64,000 nucleotides of DNA from Octopus vulgaris (GCA_951406725.2 OX597820.1:21080001-21144000), one strand, 5' to 3'; positions 50,218 through 63,596 are shown, numbered from the stretch's first letter. The notes: generated by a model not told the origin, from the letters alone. Program-made: numbers and translations.

Positions 50218-50657
50218 TCTTATTTCTTTATTGCCCACAAGGGGCTAAACATAGAGGGGACAAACAAGGACAGACAAACGGATTAGGTCGATTTTATCGA
50301 CCCCCAGTGCATAACTGGTACTTATTTACTCAACCCCAAAAGGATGAAAGGCAAAGTCAACCTCGGCAGAATTTGAACTCAGAATGTAGCAGCAGATGAA
50401 ATACCGCTAAGCATTTCACCTGGTGTGCTAAAGTTTCTTATTTCTTTACTACCCACAAGGGGCTAAACATAGAGGGGACAAACAAGGACAGACAAAGGGA
50501 TTAAGTTGATTATATCGACCCCAGTGTGTAAATGGTATTTATTTACTCAACCCCAAAAGTCAGCCTCGGTGGAATTTGAAGTCAGAACATAGCGGCAGAC
50601 AAAATACAGCTAAGCATTTTGCCCAGCATGCTACCGATTCTGCCAGCTGGCTGCCTT
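50218..50657 (-). mobile_element. Two tandem SINE C copies
   Basis: ttatttctttattgcccacaaggggct...; second unit from 50438. Confidence 0.85.
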
Positions 50658-50696
50658 CACTACAAGATCTGCTTTAACAGTGAAGCAAAATACACT

Positions 50697-50858
50697 AGTG
50701 CAGCTAGAGGAGATCAGAGTGGGTGGTCCACCCTGAGTGGCACTTTCATGGGGGTCAGCACCACTTTTGGGTCTGCTGTAGACAATATGTATTTATTGTG
50801 GGGGCCAGGGGTGGCAAACTGAAGGGCCACCCTGGGCAGCACACACTCTAGCTACATT
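50697..50858. mobile_element. Small GC-rich MITE
   Basis: TIR-like agtgcagctagag / ctctagctacatt; internal repeated ccaccctg.g. Confidence 0.55.
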
Positions 50859-50924
50859 AAAGGCAAAATATGTTATTTCCTAAATGCTTTATTTACAATT
50901 TACCTATAATTCTGCTGCCATAGT

Positions 50925-51144
50925 CTCTTTTACTCTTTTGTTCTTTTACTTGTTTCAGTCATTTGACTGTGGCCATGCTAGAGCATGGCCTTTAGTCGAG
51001 CAAATCGACCCCAGGAATTATTCTTTGTAAGCCTAGTACTTATTCTATTGGTCTCTTTTGTGGAACTGCTAAGTTACGGGGACATAAACACACCATTGGT
51101 TGTCAAGTGATGTTAGGGGGACAAACACAGACACACAAACATAT

Positions 51145-51207
<63 letters not shown>

Positions 51208-51377
51208 TATATATGATGGGCTTCTTTCAGTTTCCGTCTACCAAATCCACTCACAAGACTTTGGGTGGCCCGAGGCTATAGTAGAAGACACTTGCCCAAG
51301 GTGCCATGCAGTGGAACTGAACCCAGAACTATGTGGTTCGTAAGCAAGCTACTTACCACACAGCCACTCCTACGCCT
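50925..51377 (-). mobile_element. SINE family A, full length
   Basis: Reverse complement of the reference copy. Confidence 0.9.
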
Positions 51378-51606
51378 AGTCTGTTAAGGAATTAATAATG
51401 TAGTTTTGCAGCATAAATGAATAAAAGTAATGCCTGTTGTTGAACACATCTTTTTATATGTAGCTGTTAGCAACAGTATTTGCAGGAAAGGTGGAAGCAA
51501 ACCTTTGTTATGATCGAGTAGAGACTATCTGAATCAAGTCAAGCTGTTCTTCAGTTCGTTCTGGGAAGAGAGAAAGAGAGAAATAGCAAGAAAGGCAAAG
51601 AGAGGA

Positions 51607-51677
<71 letters not shown>

Positions 51678-51830
51678 AAGGCCCTGTGATTTAATCATGG
51701 AGTCTATTTAGATAGTGAGACTAAATTTGTTTAATAAACCCATACATATGAATCTGTTTAAAACTTGTCCACACGGACTTGCTATCTCAGCATCTTGATT
51801 AATATAATATAATGCAGTATAATATATATA

Positions 51831-51875
<45 letters not shown>

Positions 51876-52274
51876 GTATATATATATATATGTATATATA
51901 TGTGTGTATACACACACACATACATACATACATACATCATACATACATACATACATACATACATACATACATGTGTGTGTATGTGTTTGTATTTGATGAC
52001 ATATATAGGATGCCTAGGCATATAATATGCATTCCCATTTCAGCAGCAAATATTCAAAAGGGGAAAAAAACCACACCAACAAAAATGTATCCAGTATATT
52101 TAGGCATGTAAGGTTTCTTGAAATGCTCTTCTGATAATATCCTGACCTTCTGATTCATTAGCATTCAAGAAGAAACGCTTCTTAAATACCTCACATCTGT
52201 CATTTTTTTTTTACTCTTCCTCAAAATTCTGAGCAATGTGAGGTTAGGCAAAGAAGATTACGTAACATATTAGG

Positions 52275-52448
52275 AGATGCCAAAAAGTTCCTGGCTCTAA
52301 GAGTATAGTGAAATTCCTGGTTGGAGGCCCAAACTTCCGAGTTGTTTTACAGGGTTTAGAAAAACTGAAGGACCACTGCAATAAGTGTGTGAATCTGATT
52401 CTCCTGTATTTTCTTTTACCCAAAGCCAAGAACCTTTCAGCACCCCCT
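52275..52448. mobile_element. Mariner-derived MITE
   Basis: aaaagttcctggct...agccaagaacctttcagcacccc. Confidence 0.75.
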
Positions 52449-52489
<41 letters not shown>

Positions 52490-52491
<2 letters not shown>

Positions 52492-52722
52492 CATCATCAT
52501 CGTTTAACGTCCACTTTCCATGCTAGCATGGGTTGGACGATTTTGACTGAGGTGTGACGAACCAGACTCCAATCTGATCTGGCAGAGTTTCTACAGCTGG
52601 ATGCCCTTCCCAACGCCAACCACTCTGAGAGTGTAGTGGCTGCTTTTACGTACCACCGGCACAAGGGCCAGTTTGGTGGTACAGGCAACAGTCACGCTCA
52701 AATGGTGCTTTTTATGTGCCAT
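52490..52722 (-). mobile_element. RTE LINE 3' UTR copy
   Basis: Nearly colinear with 6545-6770. Confidence 0.85.
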
Positions 52723-52724
52723 AT

Positions 52725-52940
52725 AAGGGGTTGCTGAAAAGTTCCTGGTTTTAAGGGTATTGCAAAAGGCCTGGCTGGAGACCTAACTTTCTGAGTTCTT
52801 TCACAGAGCTTAGAAAAACTGAAGGGTCACTGCAATAAGTGTGTAAATCTGTGAGGGGAATATGTTGAATAAAATTATAATTAACCGATCCTCCTGGATT
52901 TTCTTTTACCCAAAGCCAGGAACTTTTCAGCACCTCACCC
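52725..52940. mobile_element. Mariner-derived MITE retaining the transposase C-terminal codons
   Basis: TIRs ggggttgctgaaaagttcctgg / ccaggaacttttcagcacctc; internal LEKLKGHCNKCVNL*GEYVE*. Confidence 0.8.
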
Positions 52941-53500
52941 CTCATAGAGCAAAAGGATACACATGTGCTTCAAATATGCAACACTTCATTCCTTTACTTG
53001 CTTCTTCTATCTTTCTTCATGCTCTAATTTGATAAAGGGTTCACCCAAAACGTTAGTCTTCTTCTTTTCTTCGTTTGGTGTACAATTTACAGCGCACAAC
53101 TTTTATTGTGAGCATTTTGTATTTTTACATTTTATCCATCACTTTTCAAATTTTTGTCTACTTCTTCTAACATCTAATGTTGTCCAACTGTTCATCTTTT
53201 ATTCCCTTCATTCAATGTGTGCTATTTCACTTCAGGTTTCATTTGCCTTGGTAGCACGCCCCCACAACTGAAAGCTATCACTTTGCTGTTGTTTTACATT
53301 TCCTATCCCTGAACTTTCTTTCATAGCTTACTTCATTCAACAAGTTTCTACAATTTGATTCTATGTATTATCATTGATAGAAGAATTAAATATATTTTTA
53401 TACAGTAAATGTATAGATTTTGTATTTATTCTTTCACTTCTGTATGAAACCTTGTAATAACATACACGCAGCTACTGTACAACACCTTGTACTGCCTTTA

Positions 53501-54061
53501 TATTGAGTTGTCTGGAAAATTTGTGCCAATTTATAGCAGCTTACATTTCGACTTATTTTAGAATATGGTTGAGTCCATAAAATAGGATTTGACTACACCT
53601 CCATCTAGAGCACAGTTTAAGCTATCTTTTCATGGAAGGTTTATGTTCCTATGACCTGTGTTAATTCTGTAACCCTTTAAAATGGAAGATAAGAAAGTTC
53701 ATTTTCGACACTTGATGCTTTGAGAATCAGACAAAAATTGTTGCAGCTCAGCTGGGATGTGTTACCCCACCTTCCATATTCACTAGATATTGCTCCTTCG
53801 GATTTCCACTTATTCAGGTCTTTGCAGAATAGTCTTAATGGTAAAAATTTCAATTCCTTGGATGATGTAAAAATTGATGAATTCTTTGTCATGAAACCAC
53901 CTCAGTTCTGGGAAGAGGGTATTTTCAAGTTAAAGGAAAGATGGAGATGCATTGTGCAACAAAATGGTTCATATCTGGTCGATTAAAAATGTAATGGCAA
54001 GAATTAATTGACCTTCTTCTTTCCTTTAAAAATCGGCATGAACTTTCCGGACAACCCAATA
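53501..54061 (+). mobile_element. Internally deleted mariner with both TIRs and TA duplication
   Basis: TA-ttgagttgtctggaaaatttgtgccaattt / aaatcggcatgaactttccggacaacccaa-TA; MEDKKVHFRHLML fused to RQKLLQLSWDVLPHLPYSLDIAPSDFHLFRSLQ...NGSYLVD*. Confidence 0.92.
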
Positions 54062-54195
54062 TTACACTACACCTTTTTAACAGTTTTGAGTTCATCCTCT
54101 TGCTTTCACCAGGCATGAATCATATTTTCTATAGGCATTAGCTTCAATCAATCAACCAATCAATCAATCGATCAATCAGTCAATCTTCAACGTGG

Positions 54196-54431
54196 TTAAC
54201 CCTTTTGTTACTGTATTTCTGTTGAGATGCTCTATGTCTCTTTCAATTACTTTAAATATAATAAAGAATTTAGTAAAATAACTTAGTTCTCATTAAGCTG
54301 GTGTTGGGAACATAAATTGTGACTAAAGTTTGGTGGAAGATTTTAATTTAAAACTTATGAAAACAAGATATTTGTACTCAAGATATTTGAACCAGAGCTG
54401 GTTTCAGCCGGGTTGGTAACGAAAGGGTTAA
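54196..54431. mobile_element. piggyBac-type MITE, monomer
   Basis: ttaacccttttgttac...gtaacgaaagggttaa. Confidence 0.88.
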
Positions 54432-55088
54432 ACAACCAATTGGGATTCACAGTGTAGGCTATACTATTTATCCTTTTGATTGCTAAATACAAAGCATACC
54501 TCATGAGTTCTCTGTTTGGGTAATTTTCCTGAGTCACCATCTCACCCTTGCATTCTAATCCATTACAAGTTTACCCATTTGCAGTTGAATGAAGTGAAGC
54601 AATATGAAATGAAGTGTCTTGCTGAAGAGTGCAATGTGCAGCTAATCTAGGAACTGAAACCAGAATATTGTGATTGTGAATACCATGCCCTAACCACTGG
54701 GCCATGTACCTTCTCTAAGGCACATCACTAAGTGGTTAGGGTGTTGCTTAAAGCTCTTGCAGTTACTCTGATACCCTGCTATTCCATATCCTCTATCTTC
54801 TTTAGTTTGAAGTCAACATTGTGGCTTAACCTCTTGCTCCCTGCAGCCGTATTTTTATGGGTAAAATGCTGTAAATTCTTGAACCAACTTGGCTCCATCT
54901 GTGTTGTATCTATCTACCAAGCAGCCCTGTCTTAGGAGGCACAAGCACTTACCATTTACACACACAACGGAAACTTCTGCCTACCAAATTTAATCACAAA
55001 GCTTTGGTCGGCCTGAGGCTATAGCAGAAGACATGTGCTCAAGGTGCCACAGAGAGGGACTGAACTCAGTACAATGTGGCTGGGATAA

Positions 55089-55322
55089 AGGCGGTGAGCT
55101 GGCAGAAATGTTAGCATGCCGGGCGAAATGCGTAACCATATTTCGTCTGCCGTTACGTTGTGAGTTCAAATTTCACCGAGGTCGACTTTGCCTTTCATCC
55201 TTTCGGAGTCGATAGATTAAGTACCAGTTACGCACTGGGGTCGATGTAATCAACTTAATCTCTTTGTCTGTCCTTGTTTGTCCTCTCTATGTTTAGCCCA
55301 TTGTGGGTAGTAAAGAAATAAA
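55089..55322 (+). mobile_element. SINE family C inserted in a SINE A head, with target duplication
   Basis: tacaatgtggctggga flanks both sides (about 55070-55085 and 55323-55338). Confidence 0.88.
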
Positions 55323-56010
55323 TACAATGTGGCTGGGAAGCAACCATTCTTGTGCCTACTAAGTGCTTGTCTCTCCTAACAGAGAGGAAGAAAATGAACT
55401 CATACTAAGCTACCCAGACTATGCTTAATGTTCTAAATACATGAAAAGGCGACTGATCGTGAATGTGAATACAAATTTTTTGTAAGTACTGATAGATGGT
55501 GCTTATGCAGTGCAATCAGAATCAGATGGCATGACGAATGCTGCTATTACTCTCTGTTATAATTTCAAGTTTCTTTCAAAAGCTAAGAATGTTTTTATAT
55601 ATTTAGATAGGTGCAGAAGTGGCTGTGTGGTAAGAAGCTTGCTTCCCAAGCACATGGTTCTGGGTTCAGTCCCACTGCATGGCACCTTGGGCAAGTGTCT
55701 TCTACTATAGTCTTGGGTCGACCAAAGCCTTGTGAGTGGATTTGGTAGATGGAAACTGAAAGAAGCCCATCACATATATATATTTATATATATCCCTCTC
55801 TCCTCCTCTCGGAGGCACAAGCACCTACACACACATATACACACACGGTATTTACTTACGCCTACCAAATTCAATAACAAAGCTTCAGTCTGCTATAGCA
55901 GAAGACACTTACCCAAAGTGCCTCGTGGTGGAACTGAACCTGAAACCATGTAGCTAAGAAGCAAGCTCCCTAACCACACAGCCATACCCGCGCCTACAAA
56001 TATATATATA

Positions 56011-57186
56011 CTAGCATTATGACCCGTCGTTGCCGGGTCATAGTGCTAGTGCATGTATATATGTGTATATATATGTGTACATATTACATGTACATCTATA
56101 TATATATATATATATCTACACATAAAATACAAAATACAAAGTTATATCTTGATATCGCTATTGATAACAATACTCAAAATATATAACAGACTGGAATTGT
56201 AAGCCTGTCTCTTGCAATTTTGATCAATTGTATCTTGTCCTCCCTCTTGTATAGAAGTGAGGCTACAATCCAGCCTACCTCTACTTCTGTGGGGGGGAGG
56301 CACTTTTAATTTTATCCGGGACGTCCTACGTCCCAGATATAAAGGTAAAAATAAAATATTTCCACTTTGCAAGTTCGAGTCGAGTACTCCGTTGCACGCT
56401 CCATTGACTCGAACCTTGCTTCTATTGTTGCGAAATTACCGCCTCTGGTTAGATATCTTTCATAGTCGCACCAAGCCACTCTTCGATGGTGCTTTCCTCC
56501 AGATGTTCAAATCTTTTTTCTCTACATTGTATACTTTATAGACAATAGTCTTTTCTTTGATTTACTTTTTTATTATCCATCTGGACTATTCCATTTCTGC
56601 ACGCTAATTTTATTTTTAATTTATTCCCATTCATGTGAAACCACTTATTCAAATTCAAGTCATTGATGCAATTTTATACCAATTGCTATTTTTACTTTTG
56701 TTATGTTACGATTATATTATACTTTAGTTTGATTTTAATTATTACTTACTACTTATAATTCAATTGTTATTATTATTTTTATTGTTAAAGTGAAAGCATC
56801 TGACATAAAATAAAGAAATGTTTTTGTTTCACTTTTAACACATAATACTGAAATAGTGGAGAAGATATGATATTGCTATGGGCTTGCTCTAGGCAAGAAG
56901 TTGAAACTTTTTTTGCCCATGAAACTACATGGACCCTAAGTAAGGCATGTGTAAAATTTGAATGAAATTGGTTGTGTAGTTCTCAAGTTTTAGGGAATCG
57001 TAGTGGAGAAGATATGATATTGCTGTGGGCTCGCCCTAGGCAAAAAGTTGAACATATTTTTTGCCCATGAAACTACATGGACCCTAAGTAAGGCATGTGT
57101 AAAATTTGAATGAAATTGGTTGTGTAGTTCTCAAGTTTTAGAGAAACACACAGACAGACAGACACACATTCTCAGTTTTATATAGA
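56011..57186 (-). mobile_element. Non-autonomous Helitron
   Basis: Minus strand starts TCtatataaaa and ends with hairpin atgacccggcaacgacgggtcat followed by CTAG|T; contains a 147 bp duplication (56854 and 57001). Confidence 0.7.
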
Positions 57187-57191
57187 GAGAG

Positions 57192-57317
57192 ATATATAAA
57201 TAAATAAATGGAGTTAAATGCAGGTGTTATTCAAATTCCTTTACCTCCAACATCTGTCGGAAGTAAAGGAATTTGAATAACACCTGCGTTTAACTTCATT
57301 TATTTATTTACATATAT
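57192..57317. repeat. Hairpin, ~60 bp arms, almost no loop
   Basis: aaataaataaatggagttaaatgcaggtgttattcaaattcctttac / gtaaaggaatttgaataacacctgcgtttaacttcatttatttattt. Confidence 0.92.
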
Positions 57318-57469
57318 TATACAAAATATACCACATCAACCCAGAGTTTCTACCTTTACAAACAGAGTGTTACATCCTTATTACTTGTGTGATTTTTTGC
57401 TGCCCTGCTAACTATTTATTTATTTTTTCCATGTTAATTGTAAACAAGGGAAAAATACACACATCCATT

Positions 57470-57503
<34 letters not shown>

Positions 57504-57515
57504 AGTGTGTGTGTT

Positions 57516-57625
57516 TAAATGTAATATGTGACAATTATTAGGTAGCCATGATAAAACTCCGAGTTTCGGATGTCGGGGTGGAAGTTTTATCATGGCTACC
57601 GAATAATTGTCATGTATTACATTTA
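57516..57625. repeat. Hairpin, ~43 bp arms
   Basis: tgacaattattaggtagccatgataaaact / agttttatcatggctaccgaataattgtca. Confidence 0.88.
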
Positions 57626-58618
57626 CAGATAAATTCCTCTGTTTACATAATATCAAGGTCTCTTTCTTTCTTTTGTTGTCTCACCATTTCTGTCAAAATA
57701 TATATATATATGTATATATTCATGTGTGTATCTGTGTTTGTCCACCCCCAACATCACTTGACAACCGATGTCGGTGTGCTTATGTCTTCATATCTTAGCA
57801 GTTGGCAAAAAAGATGGGCTACAGCAAATATTCTGCTCATTACCACAGATTAAACTGGACTAATCTTATCTGAACAATTCTATCACACACTCTGACCACC
57901 TCACTCATCTTATCTACTCGTTTCTCTTTCAAAAGAATATCTATGTCACCTAACTCATTGTTACTCCCACCCAAAAGAATCCATATCTCTTACCTGTGTG
58001 TAGTCTAGCTGAGACTCCCCTCCAGCATGTCTCTTGCACACAGCACACATCTATACGCCTTCACTCAAGCATTTCAGCAATCTCACCATATCTACCTTGC
58101 ATTGTGCCAATGTTGATTGTGGCAATCTGAGCTTGTGAACATGGGAGACATGGGAAGGAAATTGAGGGATGTTTTCAGCATCTGGAAAGATCTTAGTGGT
58201 CACTTGCCTGAAGATCATGGGTCCTTTGGCTTGGTATAAGCAGGTACAGATACATTTTGCAGCATGGATTTATTTATAACTACAATTTCCTTCAGTCTTG
58301 GAAAGTCTTTAGGGATATGCAAGCAGTGTGGGGAGATGGGAGCAGATAAATTAGTTCTTTTTCAATGCTGGTACTATTGGTGAGCTGGCAGAATCATTAC
58401 AATGCTGGGCAAAAAGCTTAGTGGCTTTGATCTGTCCTTATGTTCTGAGTTCAATTTCTGCCATGGTCGACTTTTCATCCTTTCAGGGTCAATAAAATAA
58501 GTACCAGTTATGCATTGGGGTTGATGTAAATGACTAGCCCCCACCCCAAAATTTCATGCCTTGTGCCTATAATAGAAAGGATTATTATTATTATGATTAT
58601 TATTATTATTATTATTAT

Positions 58619-59045
58619 TGAATGAGAGAGCAGTGCATGCCATCAAAGTGACACTGAGGTAAAATATATGAAGCCCAGTATACCCATCATGACTACTCGT
58701 CTGTAAAGGGTACACCAGGCACATGCATCACAACCATATGTGCACGACATGGTGATTTCATACCAAGATAAACAGCACATGACCTTGTAGGTGGGGCCCA
58801 GTTAGAATTTTCTTCTTGTCGAGTAGCCCACCCCACTCAAAAGGTCCCTGAATAAGGGTTGTTTAAGGATGTTAAACGAAACAACACGTTTCCAGAGGTG
58901 AATTATTCAAATCCCCAAAGAATCCCTCTCAACACATGGCTATGATGCTCCCCCACTACTTCTGCTCATGATCAGAGATGCACATATCAGCAACTAAGGG
59001 ACATAGTCAACTGGTTAAGGTCAAACAACTGACAACCAAATCTGA
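58619..59045. mobile_element. Dispersed repeat following (TTA)n, partial copy
   Basis: Colinear with 61735-62150. Confidence 0.8.
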
Positions 59046-59199
59046 GTTGGTGTTAGGAAGGGCATCTAGCTGTAGAAACCAAGTCAAAGCAGATTATAGA
59101 ACCTGGTGCAGCCCCTGGGTTTACCAGTTACTGTCAAGCCAGCCAACCCATGCCAGCATGGAAAACAGATGTTAAACGATGATGATATGTGTAAGTATG

Positions 59200-59262
<63 letters not shown>

Positions 59263-60142
59263 CACGTGTATGTCATCATGCACATAACATAGACAAGTGC
59301 ATATATGCATGTGTATACACACCTCACTCACACATAAAATGTGTATGTGTGTGTATATACACATACATATATACACAGCCAACCATCCATCCATCCATAC
59401 ATGTCACACACACATATACACACATACAAAAAGGCACACATATTTACACACACAACTTCTTGGCTTTCCTATCATCATCTCTCCATTCATAATAAATTGA
59501 CAGACAGTCGTATTCATACTTCGATGTACCTACATCAAACACACGAACTGGAAGTTGTAATAATTCTGATGTCCGCTTCATTTACAGTCGCACCTATCCG
59601 TGCACGTTATCGCAAAAGCATTCCTGCTACATCGCTAACAGTCAATATACTCGTAATTTCACACATTACACATGCAGATAAACAATATACACACTTAACA
59701 GATAAAAAAAAAGTACAGACACACGTTCGCAAACACACCCAAACGTACACACAATTATACACGTACTCTTAGAAAATAAACAGAAAATTACAAGGACCTC
59801 ATCGTCATCCCCCCCTACTCAAATGAGTTTTCTTTTCTTCTTTTATTTTTTGTCTGTACTAATGTGCAAATATAATATTAATGTGGTACAGGCAGACACA
59901 CTTTTACTCACACACTTTCACGTATTCTTTCTGTAGCTATAAACATTTATATCAACAGGACTCCACGAGAATTTAGCTGGTAAATATGTTCCTGTGAGAG
60001 GCAAAAATTAGTTGTTTTTTCGCAAAGTAAAAGCAACGGAGGTAGGTTAATATCACAATTTGTTATTATCTTATTTAACTTGTTTCTATTTCTCTTAGCA
60101 TCCCTTTTTTTTCTTTCTTGTTGTTGTTGTTCTTCTTCTTAC

Positions 60143-60210
60143 CAGCTGGTAGAGAATATACATAAACAGTTACCAAGTATCCAAACTAAGATAAACTAGT
60201 AGCGCGTGTG
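60143..60210 (-). promoter_or_regulatory. Candidate non-coding first exon and promoter region of a minus-strand host gene
   Basis: Unique, CpG-retaining block at 59470-60540 nearly free of SINEs; donor CTG|GTAAGA at 60143/60142. No transcript evidence. Confidence 0.25.
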
Positions 60211-60555
60211 TGTGTGTCTGTGTGTGTGGTGGGGGGATGGGTTTAGGAAAGTGTGAAGAAAAACGGAGGGAAGAAATGACAGTGCTATTTTTATAACAGC
60301 CAAATCTAAAAATGCATCTGTTTTAAAATTATATTTGGCAAACTATGGATGTAAAGAGGGGAACAGTGACTATTTTTGAATCCATAAATGTGTTGAGAAA
60401 AATTATTATTATTTTGGTAAATTTGGGTATTCTAAAACAAAACCAATAATAATAATAATAATGGTAATAATTATAATTAATTTGATCACATATGAGTTTT
60501 ATTGTCAAAATGTTTATTTCACATGTCGTGATATTGTTGTTGTTGTTGTTATTGT

Positions 60556-60968
60556 GCGGCGAACTGGCAGAGACGTTAACACGCCGGGCGAAATGCTTTG
60601 CGGTATTTCGTCTGCCGTTACGTTCTGAGTTCAAATTCCGCCGAGGTCGACTTTGCCATTCATCCTTTCGGAGGTCAATAAATTAAGTACCAGTTACGCA
60701 CTGGGGGTCGATGTAATCGACTTAATCCGTTTGTCTGTCTTTGTTTGCCCCCTCTGTGTGTAGCCCCTTGTGGGTAGTTAAGAAATAGGTATTTTGTCTG
60801 CTGCTATGTTCTGAGTTCAAATTCCGCCGAGGTCAACTTTACCTTTCATGCTTTCGGGGTCGATTAAATAAGTACCAGTTACGCACTGGGATCAATGTGA
60901 TCGACTTAATCCCTTCCTCCAAATTTGGGGCCTTGTGTTTCCAGTAGAAAAGATCCTCCTTCTTCTCA

Positions 60969-61022
<54 letters not shown>

Positions 61023-61705
61023 GTAGTAGTAGTAGTAGTATTAGGCGGCGAGCTGGCAGAATCGTTAGCATGCCAGGTGAAATGCTTAACAGCATTTCGT
61101 CCATCTTCCTCTTCTGAGTTCAAATTCCACCATGGTTGACTTTACCCTTCATCCTTTTGAGGTCTATAAAATAAGTACCAGTGAAACACTGGGATCGATG
61201 AAAATTGACTACTCTCCTCCCTACAAATTTCAGGCCTTGTGTCTTTTGTGGAAAGGATTATTATTATTATTATTATTATTATCATTATTATCATCATTAT
61301 CATTATTATTAAGGCAGAATTGTTAGCATGCCGAGCATTCCGCTGAGGTAGACTTTACCTTTCATCCTTTCAGGGGGTCGTTAAAATAAGTACCTGTTGG
61401 GCACTGGGGTCAATGTAACTGAGTACCCTCACCCCCAAACTTGCTGACCCTGTACCAAAATTTGAAACCACCATTATTGTTATTATTACAAAGGCGGCAA
61501 GCTGGCAGAATTGTTAGCATGCCAGGCAAAATAGTTAGTGGCATTTTGTCCCACTTTATGTTCTGAGTTCAAATTCTGCTGAGGCCAACTTTACCTTTCA
61601 TCGTTTTGGGGTCAATAAAATAAGAACCACTTGAACACTGGTGCAATTGACTTAACCCCTGCCCTGCTCCGAAATTGCTGGCCTTGTGCCTATTGTAGAA
61701 AAGAT
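60556..61705 (+). mobile_element. Run of SINE C copies separated by (TTA)n
   Basis: Dimer at 60556-60955 (junction aagaaatag|gtatttt), then 61043-61258, 61312-61470 and 61491-61705. Confidence 0.85.
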
Positions 61706-61734
61706 TATTATTATTATTATTTTATTATTATCAT

Positions 61735-62283
61735 TGAGTGGGAGAGCAGCACATGCCATCAAAATGACACTGGGGTACAAATATATGAAGCCCAATATAC
61801 CCATCTTGACTACCCGTCTGATAAGGGTACACCAGGCACATGCATCACAACCATATGTGTGCGTGACATGGTGATCTCATATCAAGATAAACAGTACATG
61901 ACCTTGCAGGTGGGGCCCAGTTAGAATTTTCTTCTGGTCGAGTAACCCATCCTGCTCAAAAGGTCTCTGAATAAGGGTTGAACAAACCACCCATGTTTTC
62001 TGAGGCGAATTATCCAAACCCGAAAGAATTCCTCTCAACACATGGCTATGATGCTCCCCCACTACTTCTGCTCATGATCAGAGATGCCCATATCGTCAGC
62101 CACTAAGGGACATGCTCAACTGGTTGCAGTCAAACAGCTGACAAGCAAATCTGTGGTATTGAGCAGAATATTTGCTGTAGCCCATCTTTTATACCAAGAC
62201 AAAACAATGTACATGATAACACTTCCAATCAGTTAAGATAAGAAGTCATGAGAGCCACTGCCTGATACTGCATCAGGGCATTC
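61735..62283. mobile_element. ~550 bp dispersed repeat embedded in (TTA)n
   Basis: Second copy at 58619-59045 and a reverse fragment at about 57810-57850. Confidence 0.8.
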
Positions 62284-62296
62284 ATTATTACTATTA

Positions 62297-62330
62297 TATG
62301 TTTGACTTTTGCTTTGTATTTGTATTATTA

Positions 62331-62377
<47 letters not shown>

Positions 62378-62545
62378 TTATGTTTGACTTTTGCATTACA
62401 TTTGTACAAGTTGGCTCCAAGTGTCACCCAGAGACCTCAAGAGACAACAAGTTGGAAGTTCATGTTGGTGTTATGCATGGGTGCCATATATTTGGTTTTG
62501 TACACAGTGTTGTTCTAGAGAATGTTTAAGAAACCATAAGAACCA
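62297..62545 (-). mobile_element. 3' UTR of the Dong-like LINE, in (TAA)n
   Basis: tatgtttgacttttgc...gtacaagttggctccaagtgtcacccagagacctcaagagacaac matches 43531-43640; an extra ~25 bp stub lies at 62297. Confidence 0.8.
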
Positions 62546-62586
<41 letters not shown>

Positions 62587-62968
62587 TGGTGTTACTCCCT
62601 TTTTGGCCAAACCTTCATCAACTAGAAAAGGAAGTTGAGGGTGGAGAGGAAAATGTTGTCTTGTAGCAAGTTTGTTGAAAGGTGGGTGAATGTTGGAAGA
62701 ATGGCCCATGTGAAAGGACTAATTCTGAGCATGCACCTGCAAAACAAGAAGGGCTCTTGCCCTGTTGTTTAGGCACCTGTGGCTTTTGTGGATTTTTCCA
62801 CAAGGACCTTAAAGCGCCTCTCCTATTGGGAATTTTAAATTGTTTAATTTTTAACTGTTATTCATATTGTGTACATGCGAAAACCCATTGTATTGTCCTG
62901 TTTTTGTGTTTTATGTTTTGTGTCTTTTAATGTTTTGTATGTGAGCCCTTGTGGCTAATAAAAGAATT
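62587..62968 (+). mobile_element. LINE 3' fragment, probably L1/Tx1-like
   Basis: KRKLRVERKMLSCSKFVERWVNVGRMAHV..., T-rich UTR, ends gagcccttgtggctaataaaagaa; clade call from memory of Tx1-type C-termini. Confidence 0.45.
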
Positions 62969-62969
62969 A

Positions 62970-63002
<33 letters not shown>

Positions 63003-63548
63003 GTTATCATCATCATCATCATTATTAAAGTAGTGAACTGGCAGAACCATTAGCATGCTGGACAAAACGCTTTGCAACATTTCTTTCGGACTTATGTTTC
63101 TGGGTTCAAATACTGCCAAAGTCAACTTCATCTTTCATTTCTTCAGGGGGAGAGGGCTCAATAAAATAAATACCAGTCAAGTACAGGGAATGATGTAATC
63201 AACTGAACCACTGCCCTTTAATTTGCTGGCCTTATTCCAAAAATTAGAAAGACATTATTATTTTGGTAAAATAAAGAAGTTGAACATAGTGGTTGATATA
63301 ATTGATTAACCCTTATGCCTATAGTATTAAGGATTATTGTTCTTATTGTTGCTGCTATTATCATTTGGGGAATCTATTTGTTTATTAGTTATTTGTTTTT
63401 CTAATTTCTATTTATATATACTTTGTTATAACCTTTGATGTAGTAGTATCTCCCTTTCATCAAAGTAAAGCCCCACCTGTTTTTTATGTGTTGTAACTCA
63501 TCCTTTGATAGTCTTCTCCATATCTTGGGCCCTTGTGGCCAATAAAGG

Positions 63549-63594
<46 letters not shown>

Positions 63595-63596
<2 letters not shown>

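Noticed and set aside
53720-53986. SETMAR-like or active transposase gene
   Set aside because: Internally deleted mariner with most of the ORF missing.
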